From a virus (Duplodnaviria; Caudoviricetes), in IMG/VR virus record IMGVR_UViG_3300035562_000112, positions 1 through 36,558 of that record: DNA of 36,558 nt; one strand, 5' to 3'. Each line of letters begins with the position of its first letter. The first letter of the stretch is position 1. This document shows positions 15,770 to 24,890 of this stretch, piece after piece. A program made the translations under genes and the position numbers. The notes under the pieces were generated by a model. The model did not search any database, was not told the origin of the DNA, and was given only the letters and a program-made list of their open reading frames with translations.

Positions 15770-16426
15770 ATGACCAGTCCAGCACGCAGACATAAACAAT
15801 ATATCGCTGCACAGCAGTCCTCCTCACTCAGTGAAGCGGCCAGCCTGAGCCACCTGGGCAACTACGACCTGTTGCTGTTCAAAATGCAGCAGGACTTGGC
15901 CAGGCTGAGCGGTGTTGAATCCCACAACACCAAGGCGGAAATGAAACGCAGCATGATCCCCACTTACATGCCGTGGGTCGCCGGTGTGCTGCAAAGTGAT
16001 GCAGGCAGGCAGGACGCCATTCTGATGCGTGTGCTGGTCTGGTTGCTGGACGTGGGCGACATGGAAACCGCATTGAATATCGGCGAATACGCCATCAAGC
16101 ATGATTTAGTTGCCCCTGACGGTTTCGAGCGTTCTACCGGCTGCCTGATTGCCGAAGAACTGGCCGCAGCCGCACAACGCAGCATGACGGCCAATAAGCC
16201 GCTGGACACATCGCAGTTACTCCGCGCTCAGCAGTTGCTCACAGGGCAGGATATGCCGGACAAGGTCAAGGCCCGGCTGTATAAATTCGCAGGATATGCC
16301 CTGCGTCAAGACGGTGACACCGTGCTTGCCCTGGACACATTAAAAAAAGCCCTGCTGAAAGATGAGAATTCCGGTGTGAAATCTGACATTAAGCAACTGG
16401 AAAAACTCACTCAGGCAGGAAGTTAA
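15770..16426 (+). CDS. M: Terminase endonuclease subunit gpM
   Basis: MTSPARRH start, MPDKVKARLYK, GVKSDIKQLE; position after N. Confidence 0.93.
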   Translation: MTSPARRHKQYIAAQQSSSLSEAASLSHLGNYDLLLFKMQQDLARLSGVESHNTKAEMKRSMIPTYMPWVAGVLQSDAGRQDAILMRVLVWLLDVGDMETALNIGEYAIKHDLVAPDGFERSTGCLIAEELAAAAQRSMTANKPLDTSQLLRAQQLLTGQDMPDKVKARLYKFAGYALRQDGDTVLALDTLKKALLKDENSGVKSDIKQLEKLTQAGS

Positions 16427-16518
16427 CGAATCGCCCCCGGCGAGGGCGGCACGGGAGCCGCGACAGGTTTTAACCGCATCAACGCTCCCGTCCACCGCCC
16501 GACTCACAGAGAAAAACC

Positions 16519-17040
16519 ATGGTCAGCATAGCGATTGAACCCGCACCGGGCGACCAGAAACCCGGTAACAATCTGGAGATTGATGTGACGCATCTCCCTG
16601 CGCCACCGGTTAGCACCGTGATTAAAAATACGGGTTTCTGGCCGGATATCGACCTGAAACAGTACCGGGAAGATATGCGCCAGGACGGTACGATCACACA
16701 GCCGCGCCTGCTGGAAGCCGCCCGCAATGCCATCCATGAAGTTAACGATCGCCTGGCCAACTGGCGAAAGCAGCAGCAAAGAGCAGGATATAGCGAGTTG
16801 GATCAGGTTCCTGCCGATCGTCTGGATGATGAGAGCACCCGCGTACAGCTTTACCGCCGTGCGGTGTTTTGTCTGACGCAGGCCAGCCTTACCGAGCGTT
16901 TTCGCAGCTTTGACGCCACCAATTCAGGCAACAAGCGGACAGAGTCATTGGAGCCAACCGTTGACGATCTGCGCCGCGATGCGGATTGGGCCATCAATGA
17001 TTGTCAGTCGCTGCCGCGCATGACGGTTGAGTTGATCTGA
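16519..17040 (+). CDS. L: Head completion protein gpL
   Basis: IKNTGFWPDIDL, YRRAVFC, DDLRRDADWAI, RMTVELI. Confidence 0.92.
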   Translation: MVSIAIEPAPGDQKPGNNLEIDVTHLPAPPVSTVIKNTGFWPDIDLKQYREDMRQDGTITQPRLLEAARNAIHEVNDRLANWRKQQQRAGYSELDQVPADRLDDESTRVQLYRRAVFCLTQASLTERFRSFDATNSGNKRTESLEPTVDDLRRDADWAINDCQSLPRMTVELI

Positions 17041-17243
17041 TGAAGGTCTACGCGCACCAGGGTGACACCGTTGATGCACTGTGCCAGCGCTATTACGGAA
17101 AAACACAGGGTGTCACCGAGCAGGTATTGCTGAGCAATCCGGGCCTGGTCGATTGGGGGCCAATTCTGCCCCACGGTTGCCCGGTAGACATGCCGGATAT
17201 CATTCAGGCCGCATCGGTGCAAACCCTTCAATTATGGGATTAA
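17040..17243 (+). CDS. X: Tail protein gpX (LysM-like)
   Basis: AHQGDTVDALCQRYYG...NPGL...LQLWD. Confidence 0.93.
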   Translation: MKVYAHQGDTVDALCQRYYGKTQGVTEQVLLSNPGLVDWGPILPHGCPVDMPDIIQAASVQTLQLWD

Positions 17244-17267
17244 CCCCCTGCGGACGGGAGGTGGAGA

Positions 17268-17534
17268 ATGAAAATTATGACGGAAAAACTTGCCGCCGGT
17301 CTTAACTACTGCATTGCCGGCGGACTTTGCACCGGCGGCCTGGTCGACTGGTTCCGCCATGTCGACTGGAATCAGGTTGCAGTGATCGGCGGTTTTATTT
17401 TGGGCCTGATCACTTATCTCACGCAGACCTATTTCGACTGGCGGCGCACCAAAGCCTATGAAAAAGGGGTAAGCGCCGGGATCATCACCGAACCGCCGGT
17501 AAAGCGCTGTCTGTTCCGTAAGGAGGCCGAATAA
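17268..17534 (+). CDS. Holin, phage 21 S-like class II (pinholin) with dual-start M-K-I-M
   Basis: Two hydrophobic segments; LGLITYLTQTYF resembles S21; immediately before the endolysin. Confidence 0.75.
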   Translation: MKIMTEKLAAGLNYCIAGGLCTGGLVDWFRHVDWNQVAVIGGFILGLITYLTQTYFDWRRTKAYEKGVSAGIITEPPVKRCLFRKEAE

Positions 17535-18019
17535 TGGCGATGTCATCCACCTTGCGGAAAAGCTTGCTTGGCGCTGCCGGTACAGGCGCGCTGGCGATCG
17601 CCACATTGATGATCCCTGAGCTGGAAGGCATCAGGCTTGAGCCTTATCGTGACGTCACGGGCGTGTTGACGGTCTGCTACGGCCACACCGGCCCCGACAT
17701 TATCCCCGGCAAACGCTACAGCCTGGCGCAATGCAAAACAATGCTGGATAAAGACCTGATCCCCTTTTCCCGTTCGGTTGAGCGGTCGGTAAAGGTTCCG
17801 GCGACGGAGTACCAAAAAGCCGCGCTGATCAGTTTCAGCTACAACGTGGGCGTTTACGCTTTCGAGCATTCCTCCCTGCTGCGCAAGCTGAACGCAGGCG
17901 ACGCAGCCGGCGCATGTGCGGGACTTCGCCAGTGGATTTACGCCGGCGGCAAACCGTGGAAAGGCCTGATGAACCGCCGCGATATAGAGCTTGAGGTCTG
18001 CACCTGGGGCCAAAAATGA
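17534..18019 (+). CDS. SAR endolysin (GH24 lysozyme, R21-like)
   Basis: Gly/Ala-rich N-terminal anchor LLGAAGTGALAIATLMI; catalytic E-x8-D-x5-T in EGIRLEPYRDVTGVLT; FSYNVG. Confidence 0.9.
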   Translation: MAMSSTLRKSLLGAAGTGALAIATLMIPELEGIRLEPYRDVTGVLTVCYGHTGPDIIPGKRYSLAQCKTMLDKDLIPFSRSVERSVKVPATEYQKAALISFSYNVGVYAFEHSSLLRKLNAGDAAGACAGLRQWIYAGGKPWKGLMNRRDIELEVCTWGQK

Positions 18020-18453
18020 CCCGTCTGATTGCCGTCATCGTCCTGATCCTGCTCTGCCTGTTGGCCTTTCTGTTCTACAGCAATCAGGGGCTGCGCCAGA
18101 TGCGTGACACGTTGCAGGATGCCAACGGTAAGCTGACACGCCAGATTGATTGGCAAAACAAGACGCAGCATGTTGTTGCTGCCATAGACGAAAACAGAAG
18201 CCGGGAATTAACCGATGCGAAAAGTAAAATTGATGATTTGCAGCGTGATGTTGCCGATGGCCGTCGCCGGCTGCGGCTCAGCGCCACATGCCCAACCGCC
18301 ACCGCCGCCGGCCTGGCTGATGCAGACAGCCCCCGACTTACTGACGCCGCTCAGCGGGATTATTTCACCCTCAGAAGTCGAATCGAAACCGCCAGCAGCC
18401 AAATAGCGGGCTTGCAAGACTACATCCGTAACGTCTGCCTGGCGCAACCGTAG
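18016..18453 (+). CDS. Rz-like inner-membrane spanin
   Basis: N-terminal TM, coiled coil, GRRRLRLSATC and AQRDYFTLR...LQDYIRNVC as in lambda Rz. Confidence 0.88.
   Translation: MTRLIAVIVLILLCLLAFLFYSNQGLRQMRDTLQDANGKLTRQIDWQNKTQHVVAAIDENRSRELTDAKSKIDDLQRDVADGRRRLRLSATCPTATAAGLADADSPRLTDAAQRDYFTLRSRIETASSQIAGLQDYIRNVCLAQP
18215..18406 (+). CDS. Rz1-like outer-membrane lipoprotein spanin, fully embedded in Rz
   Basis: Lipobox VAGC; Pro-rich PPPPPAWLMQTAPDLLTPLSGIISPS like lambda Rz1. Confidence 0.82.
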   Translation: MRKVKLMICSVMLPMAVAGCGSAPHAQPPPPPAWLMQTAPDLLTPLSGIISPSEVESKPPAAK

Positions 18454-18461
18454 GAGCGAAC

Positions 18462-18929
18462 ATGTTAAAACCGGACTCACTTCGCGCAGCCCTGAGCGGT
18501 TCCGTAAAGTATGTGAAGCAAAATCCCGATTGCCTGCACATTTTTATCGATAAAGGCGTGATTTACTCCACCCTGGCCCCGTCGCTGTCTTTTGAGTATC
18601 AGTACACGCTCAACCTTATCGTGACCAGCTATGCCGATGACGCCAATCTGTTGATCGTGCCCATCCTGCATTGGTTGCGTACCCATCAGCCCGACATCAT
18701 GGCCAACCCGGATAAACGCGGCGATGGCTTCACCTTTGAAGCCGATTTCCTGAATAATGCCGCACGGGATATCAGCATTGATCTGAAACTGACCGAACGT
18801 GTGATCGTCAGCGAGGACAATGGCAAGCTGAACGTCAGGCATGTGGATGAACCGCCACCACCGCCGAGCGACCTCAGCAGTTATGAAATCTGGATGGAAG
18901 GCCGCATGGTGGCAGCATGGGCAGCTTAA
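18462..18929 (+). CDS. R: Tail completion protein gpR
   Basis: MLKPDSLR, SLSFEYQYTL, DISIDLKLTERV. Confidence 0.92.
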   Translation: MLKPDSLRAALSGSVKYVKQNPDCLHIFIDKGVIYSTLAPSLSFEYQYTLNLIVTSYADDANLLIVPILHWLRTHQPDIMANPDKRGDGFTFEADFLNNAARDISIDLKLTERVIVSEDNGKLNVRHVDEPPPPPSDLSSYEIWMEGRMVAAWAA

Positions 18930-19372
18930 GCGACTTCCAGGCGCTGGACGAAACGCTGTCTGTATTGCTCCAGCAGCTTTCCCCGCAGTCCCGCCAGGTA
19001 TTTACCCGTCAGGTGGCCAAAGAGCTGCGCCAGCGCCAGCAAAAGCACATCCAGGAACAGAAGAACCCGGACGGTTCGCCGTACATACCGCGTAAAAACA
19101 AACGGCAGGACAAGCACGGACGCATCCGCCGCAAGATGTTTACCCGGCTGCGCACCGCACGTTTTATGAAAACCGAATCCAACACCGATGAAGCCGCCGT
19201 AACGTTTGCCGCTGGTGTGACCAATTTATCCGTCGTCCACCATTATGGCCTGCGGGATAAAGTCAGCCCAGATGGCCCCACCGTGCGCTATGCGCGCCGG
19301 CAGTTACTGGGCTTCACCGATGCCGATATTGAATGGATTAAGGATCTGGCGTTGACGCACATCGCCAAATAA
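18917..19372 (+). CDS. S: Tail completion / virion morphogenesis protein gpS
   Basis: QKNPDGSPYIPRK, VHHYGLRD, YARRQLLGF. Confidence 0.92.
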   Translation: MGSLSDFQALDETLSVLLQQLSPQSRQVFTRQVAKELRQRQQKHIQEQKNPDGSPYIPRKNKRQDKHGRIRRKMFTRLRTARFMKTESNTDEAAVTFAAGVTNLSVVHHYGLRDKVSPDGPTVRYARRQLLGFTDADIEWIKDLALTHIAK

Positions 19373-19403
19373 TCACCCCGCCTTACTGACCACGCCACCG
19401 CCT

Positions 19404-19421
19404 TGTGCCATCGCTGGCACA
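19404..19421 (+). promoter_or_regulatory. Ogr-binding site of the V late promoter
   Basis: TGT-N12-ACA centred about 55 bp upstream of ATG 19468. Confidence 0.8.
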
Positions 19422-19467
19422 AAGCACACAAAATGCCCCACGCGCCCGCACGCGGCACACTGGCAAC

Positions 19468-20106
19468 ATGAAAGCATCCATCGCCGAACTAAAACGCCTC
19501 CTGGCTAACATTGTGCGCATTGGCACCGTCTCCGAAGTGGACACAGCCAAAGGCCTGTGCCGCGTGAAGATCGGGAAAAATGAAACCGACTGGCTGAACT
19601 GGTTGACGCTGCGTGCCGGTCGCGTGCGCTTTTGGTCTGCCCCGTCGGTTGGCGAACAGGTGATCGTGCTGAGCATCTTCGGTGAACTGACCACGGGCTT
19701 TGTACTACCGGGCGTATTTTCAGATCAGTATCCCGCCGCCTCGGCGTCACCCGATGCTGTTCGTCTGGACTTCCCCGACGGCGCGGTCATTGAGTACGAG
19801 CCTGAAAACGGCACGCTGACGGCAAAGGGCATGAAACAGGCCGATATTCAGGCATCTGAAAAAATCAGCGCCACCGCCAACGTCGTGCTGGTGACGGCTA
19901 GCCAGATGATCACCCTGGATGCGCCCGTCGTGGAATGCACCAATAAATTGATTGCCGGATCACTGTTGCTCAAGTACGGCGGCGAAATGTACGGAAATAT
20001 CACCCACACCGGCGGCAGCTTTAATTCCAACGGCGTGATCATCCACATCCATTATCACGGCAACGTGCAGAACGGCGGCGGCAGCACCGGGGGGCCAGCA
20101 TCATGA
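19468..20106 (+). CDS. V: Baseplate spike gpV
   Basis: LANIVRIGTV, WSAPSVGEQV, C-terminal HIHYHGNV. Confidence 0.93.
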   Translation: MKASIAELKRLLANIVRIGTVSEVDTAKGLCRVKIGKNETDWLNWLTLRAGRVRFWSAPSVGEQVIVLSIFGELTTGFVLPGVFSDQYPAASASPDAVRLDFPDGAVIEYEPENGTLTAKGMKQADIQASEKISATANVVLVTASQMITLDAPVVECTNKLIAGSLLLKYGGEMYGNITHTGGSFNSNGVIIHIHYHGNVQNGGGSTGGPAS

Positions 20107-20450
20107 TGTATCTCGGCATGAACCGTAACGATGGCCAGGCTATCAGCGAGATCGAACACATCCGCCAATCGGTCAGCGATATTTTGATCACGCCTGTTGG
20201 TAGTCGTGTCATGCGCCGTGACTACGGTTCGCAGCTATCGACCCTGATTGACCAGCCACAAAACCCCGCGCTGAACCTCCAGATGATGGCCGCCATTTAT
20301 GGCGCGGTTCTGCGCTGGGAAACCCGCATTTCCCTCACTGCGATTAATCTCGCTTCCAGCGTTGACGGGGAAATGGTGGTTGATTTGGTCGGCAACCGGA
20401 CGGACACCGCCGGGCGTATCCAGTTCTCATTACCTGTCAGGGGGCAATAA
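20103..20450 (+). CDS. W: Baseplate protein gpW
   Basis: HIRQSVSDILITPVGSRVMRRDYGS. Confidence 0.94.
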   Translation: MMYLGMNRNDGQAISEIEHIRQSVSDILITPVGSRVMRRDYGSQLSTLIDQPQNPALNLQMMAAIYGAVLRWETRISLTAINLASSVDGEMVVDLVGNRTDTAGRIQFSLPVRGQ

Positions 20451-21358
20451 TGGCCACCATTGATCTGAGCCAACTCCCCCGCCCCAATGTCATTGAGGCA
20501 TTGGATTTTGAGACGCTATTTTCCGAACGAAAAGAGCGGTTAATCAGCCTGTATCCCGAAGAAGAACGGGAGGCGGTACGCCGCACATTGGGTTTTGAAT
20601 CCGAGCCGATCGTCAAAATCCTGCAAGAGTCAGCTTATCGGGAGATGTTATTGCGCCAGCGCGTCAACGAAGCTGCGCAGGCGGTCATGGTGGCCTACGC
20701 CATCGGTAATGACCTTGAACAGCTTGGTGCAAACAACAACACGCCACGATTAACGATCGTCCCGGCAGATGACGAAGCTATCCCGCCAGTTGAGGAAGTG
20801 ACGGAATCGGACGCCGATTACCGCCAGCGCATCCCGGCGGCCTTTGAAGGGATGAGCGTCGCCGGCCCGACCGGGGCGTATGAATTCCATGCACAAAGTG
20901 CGGACGGCAAAGTCGCGGATGCTTCGGCCATCAGTCCCGCCCCGGCAGAAGTCACGATCAGCGTATTGTCTCGCGACGGTGACGGCACCGCATCCCCCGA
21001 ACTGTTGGCCACCGTCAGTGCCGCATTGAATGACGAGGAAGTCCGCCCGGTGGCTGATCGGTTGACCGTGCAATCTGCCCAGATCGTCAATTACCAGATC
21101 GACGCCACGCTGTACGTTTACCCTGGCCCGGCCATCGAACCCATTATGGCCGATGCTGAACTGCGCCTTAAAGGCTACATCAACGAGCAACGCCGGCTAG
21201 GCCGCGATATTCGCCTGTCGGCCATCTATGCGTCACTGCATACCCAGGGCGTGCAACGCGTTGAACTGGCGGCCCCCCTGGCTGACGTGGTGTTAGACCG
21301 CACCCAGGCGGCCAACTGTACCGATTACCGCATCCGGATCGGCGGTTCCGATGAATAG
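20450..21358 (+). CDS. J: Baseplate protein gpJ
   Basis: MATIDLSQLP, SVAGPTGAYEFHA, VRPVADRLTV. Confidence 0.95.
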   Translation: MATIDLSQLPRPNVIEALDFETLFSERKERLISLYPEEEREAVRRTLGFESEPIVKILQESAYREMLLRQRVNEAAQAVMVAYAIGNDLEQLGANNNTPRLTIVPADDEAIPPVEEVTESDADYRQRIPAAFEGMSVAGPTGAYEFHAQSADGKVADASAISPAPAEVTISVLSRDGDGTASPELLATVSAALNDEEVRPVADRLTVQSAQIVNYQIDATLYVYPGPAIEPIMADAELRLKGYINEQRRLGRDIRLSAIYASLHTQGVQRVELAAPLADVVLDRTQAANCTDYRIRIGGSDE

Positions 21359-21950
21359 CCTGTTGCCGTCCGGTTCTACCCCGCTTGAACGACGCGCGGC
21401 ACAAGCCTGCGCCGGCATCAGCGATCTGAATACCCCACTGCGTGACCTGTGGAACCCTGACCGCTGTCCGGTCAAGTTCCTGCCCTATCTGGCCTGGGCT
21501 TTTTCGGTGGATCGCTGGGATGAGAAATGGACGCCAGCGGAAAAGCGCAAGGCCGTCAAAGACGCCTTTTATATCCATCGCCGCAAGGGAACGATCGCCG
21601 CCATCCGGCGCGTGATTGAGGCCATGGGCTATTCAATGTCAATCGCCGAATGGTGGCAGGTCGCCGACCCGCGCGGCACGTTCCGTCTCACTATCGACGT
21701 GAACGAGGTCGGGATCACGGAGGAAATTGTTCGTGAGCTTGAGCGGTTGATCGGTGATGCCAGACCCGTTAGCCGACACATTGCGCAATTAAGTATCGCG
21801 GCGAAGGTCAGCGGCTTTATTTATTCCGCCGTCTCTGTGCATGACGGCGATATCGTCACTGTCTACCCTGCCGATTACGAGCCGGACGACAGCATTAAAT
21901 ACAACAGCGTTGCCAATTTCAGCGGCGGTTATCACTACTCCGGGGAGTAA
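21351..21950 (+). CDS. I: Baseplate/tail protein gpI
   Basis: LWNPDRCPVKFLPYLAWAFSVDRWD, HRRKGT; extra C-terminal YNSVANFSGGYHYSG tail. Confidence 0.93.
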   Translation: MNSLLPSGSTPLERRAAQACAGISDLNTPLRDLWNPDRCPVKFLPYLAWAFSVDRWDEKWTPAEKRKAVKDAFYIHRRKGTIAAIRRVIEAMGYSMSIAEWWQVADPRGTFRLTIDVNEVGITEEIVRELERLIGDARPVSRHIAQLSIAAKVSGFIYSAVSVHDGDIVTVYPADYEPDDSIKYNSVANFSGGYHYSGE

Positions 21951-21951
21951 T

Positions 21952-24102
21952 ATGACAAAAATTACCGAAAGTGGACGCTGGGAAGAGAGCGTTTATCAAA
22001 TTCAGCGTGGGGATAAAGTAAAAGGTGGTCGTGACGGTGTTGCTAATATCCAGCCGCAGCAGTTGGCGAATCGCACCCAATATTTAAAACAGGCTATTGA
22101 AGGGCTATCCGTTGGCGAGCAGCCTTTTGATAATGAGGAAAAAGCGCAGGCCAAAATTAATGACGGCAGTATCACCTTAAACGCACGTTTTTCTGTACGT
22201 ATTGAAAACGCCGATGCCTGGGTAGCTGAATATAAAAATATTGACGGTAAAGCCACACCAACCGGAAGAACATTACCGTCAGGTGAACTGGTAAAAAAGA
22301 TCACGGATTACTTTCACGTTAATGAGGAAATCAGCAATCTTCTGCTAGATATTGTTGATGATGATTACTTTTCGGTGTGGCGTTTATTTGATAATGGCGC
22401 ATTTGGCACAATTAAAAGCCTGCTCTCTCCCCAGGGTATTTTTCTTGATGACCTGAAAATAACACATGTGGGCGATCGGCCTGGTGTGATCTATCAGGAC
22501 ATCGATGATTTTATTGTTGAGATTGTCAGCGCTGCGGGCGACGTTGCACCGGGTGCGCTACAAGGGCACGGTGCGTTCTCCACGCTGACCACGCCGGATG
22601 CCTGGCTGAGACTTGAGGACGCCGACGGTTTTTTCAAGGATTGCATCGATATCGAAGGCAACCCTATCGGCACCGGTGGTAGCGGCGTCAGCGAGTTCGA
22701 TTTAGTGGCGCATGACGCACAGAACAAAGCCTATTCGCAGTCAGTACGCGACCGCTACAACGCCGATATTCAGCGCCTGGTTTCCGCACTGAATCACCTG
22801 TTGATCTACAGCCAAAGCCTCGGTACGCAGCAAGAGGGGCATCCGGCACTCAGTAATGAACCCATCGACGGTTACGATAATTTAATGCTGGGCGACAGTG
22901 TGCGCCCGAAAAGCCGCACCGCCGCTGAATTCGTGCCCGTTGGTGAGGCCGTGCTCAAGCCGCTGAAAGCGGTGGTTCAGTCAGGGGATGGCGCTAAGGT
23001 TCTCACTGGCGCAGAAAGCAATGCATTGGCATTTAACGCCGGAAATGAAGGTGAAGGTGGAGCGGCTCTGGGCAATTTCTTACGCAAATTGTGGCTGCAA
23101 AAGAACTGCCTGGAACGAGATCCGGCGCGGCGCTTCGTTGTATCAAGCACGGGCGTGAATGGACGCACCATCGAAGAGCTGTCAAAAAATGCAACCCCTC
23201 AACTGTATCTGCGTCCCCTTCAGGTGGTGCAGCAGGTCAAGGCCATCGCGGATCAGATGGGCGTCAGCTATGCCATTGCGGCTTTTATCTTCCTCCAGGG
23301 CGAGTGGAACTACAACGGTATGCGCGGTGGTGTGCAAACCAAGGTCGGATACCGCGAAAAGCTGGACACACTGTTACTGAAGAACATGACCGACGACATG
23401 GCATATGGCATTGCCGGGCAAAAATCCCCCCCAGCCATCTTTATGTACCAGACCGGCGGGGGTTATACCGTTGATACCTACGAGCTGGGGATCGGCATGG
23501 CGCAATGGGAGTTCTGCAAAGAAAACGCCAACGCCTACCTGGTTACGCCGGCTTACCCGTTCCCGGACAAGGGCGGACACCTCACAAGTAATGGCTATCG
23601 TTGGATGGATATGCAATTTGCCAAGGTGATGCACCGCGTTATCAACGAGGGCCAGGGCTGGGAGGCGCTCGGCCCCATCAAGATCATTCGCATCGGGCGA
23701 GCCATCTATGTGCTTTATCATGTACCCAGCCCGCCGCTGCAATTCCGCCCATCCTATGTGGGCCGAGTGCCAACGATATACGCGGACAAAGGTTTCCGTG
23801 TCACTGACAGCGCTGGGGCTATCCCTATCGAGTCAGTGGAAATTGTGGCCGATACCATCATCAAGATCACTCTGGCCAGCGTGCCGGCAGGAGCCGCCAA
23901 GCTCTGGTACGGAGATAAAACCACCCACAACGGAAACGGGAACGTTTTTGACAGTGACGGCTTCGCCTCGTTGGCGAACTACGAATATCACCCAGATTCC
24001 AACCAAGCTGCTGATGAAAATATTGCCGAACTGGTTGGTAAGCCTTACCCATTAAATAACCCATCGGTGCAATTCTGTGAGCCGATCGAGATCGGAGAGT
24101 AA
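21952..24102 (+). CDS. Tailspike-like protein with SGNH esterase (O-deacetylase-like) domain
   Basis: Tail-attachment-type N-terminus WEESVYQI...ANIQPQQLANRTQYLK; SGNH-like blocks YSQSL, GVNGRTIEEL, FLQGEWN, DKGGHL. Confidence 0.72.
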   Translation: MTKITESGRWEESVYQIQRGDKVKGGRDGVANIQPQQLANRTQYLKQAIEGLSVGEQPFDNEEKAQAKINDGSITLNARFSVRIENADAWVAEYKNIDGKATPTGRTLPSGELVKKITDYFHVNEEISNLLLDIVDDDYFSVWRLFDNGAFGTIKSLLSPQGIFLDDLKITHVGDRPGVIYQDIDDFIVEIVSAAGDVAPGALQGHGAFSTLTTPDAWLRLEDADGFFKDCIDIEGNPIGTGGSGVSEFDLVAHDAQNKAYSQSVRDRYNADIQRLVSALNHLLIYSQSLGTQQEGHPALSNEPIDGYDNLMLGDSVRPKSRTAAEFVPVGEAVLKPLKAVVQSGDGAKVLTGAESNALAFNAGNEGEGGAALGNFLRKLWLQKNCLERDPARRFVVSSTGVNGRTIEELSKNATPQLYLRPLQVVQQVKAIADQMGVSYAIAAFIFLQGEWNYNGMRGGVQTKVGYREKLDTLLLKNMTDDMAYGIAGQKSPPAIFMYQTGGGYTVDTYELGIGMAQWEFCKENANAYLVTPAYPFPDKGGHLTSNGYRWMDMQFAKVMHRVINEGQGWEALGPIKIIRIGRAIYVLYHVPSPPLQFRPSYVGRVPTIYADKGFRVTDSAGAIPIESVEIVADTIIKITLASVPAGAAKLWYGDKTTHNGNGNVFDSDGFASLANYEYHPDSNQAADENIAELVGKPYPLNNPSVQFCEPIEIGE

Positions 24103-24107
24103 TTATT

Positions 24108-24851
24108 ATGGTCATGGTCATTAAATCCAATGTTGCCGGTGCCTCTATTTCCAAGCCTGACGGCTGGAATCCCCCTTTCAGCACCGAGGGATTGAAATAC
24201 GCCAATATTTTCGGGCGTGGCAACCTCACGGCCAACCTCGCACCCGGCGGCGTGCCAGCAGTAGCCTACGGAAGCCCGACGCAGAAAGGCGAGGCTTTCG
24301 AATTTTCGACCAACAATTATTTGGATACCCGCGTACCGACTAGCGAGAAAGCGACGCTGATTTCAATCGCCACCAATACCGACTCAACGCAAACTGGTCG
24401 CTGCTTTTTGATTTCGAGCTTCAAAGGTAGCGTTGATGCGGGTAAGTCGCTGTTAACCGCAGGGCCTCCACCATCGACGCTTTTTATGTATTCACATTAT
24501 AAAGGAACCGACGCGGATGGCAGTCCATGGAGCAATGCATACAGCACAAGCCTCAATACCCTGAGCACTTACCGCAGTCCGGCATTTTTCTATGGCAGAG
24601 ATCTGGGTAACGCTCTGCACCTTGGTGATTTGACCAACGCAAAAGCAAAAGTTTCAGCACCTGGCTTACCGATAACCTCTTTCGCAAACCCTGCGCTCAC
24701 TTATTTCATCGGCCAAAGTCGTGTTGAGGGTTCACCAAAGCATCTCCAATATGCAGACCTGATTTTTGATCGCGTACTGAGCGATGAAGAATTGATGCAG
24801 ATTTACCTGTATTTCAAGGGATATTACAGCCGCCGCGGGATCTCCATTTAA
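24108..24851 (+). CDS. Beta-rich tail-associated hypothetical protein (possibly ConA/LamG-like)
   Basis: GGAG RBS; in the tail operon; C-terminal ADLIFDRVLSDEEL resembles the LamG terminal motif. Confidence 0.55.
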   Translation: MVMVIKSNVAGASISKPDGWNPPFSTEGLKYANIFGRGNLTANLAPGGVPAVAYGSPTQKGEAFEFSTNNYLDTRVPTSEKATLISIATNTDSTQTGRCFLISSFKGSVDAGKSLLTAGPPPSTLFMYSHYKGTDADGSPWSNAYSTSLNTLSTYRSPAFFYGRDLGNALHLGDLTNAKAKVSAPGLPITSFANPALTYFIGQSRVEGSPKHLQYADLIFDRVLSDEELMQIYLYFKGYYSRRGISI

Positions 24852-24890
24852 TGAATCGTGAGAAAACAACTGGATAATGGAGGCCTGAGC

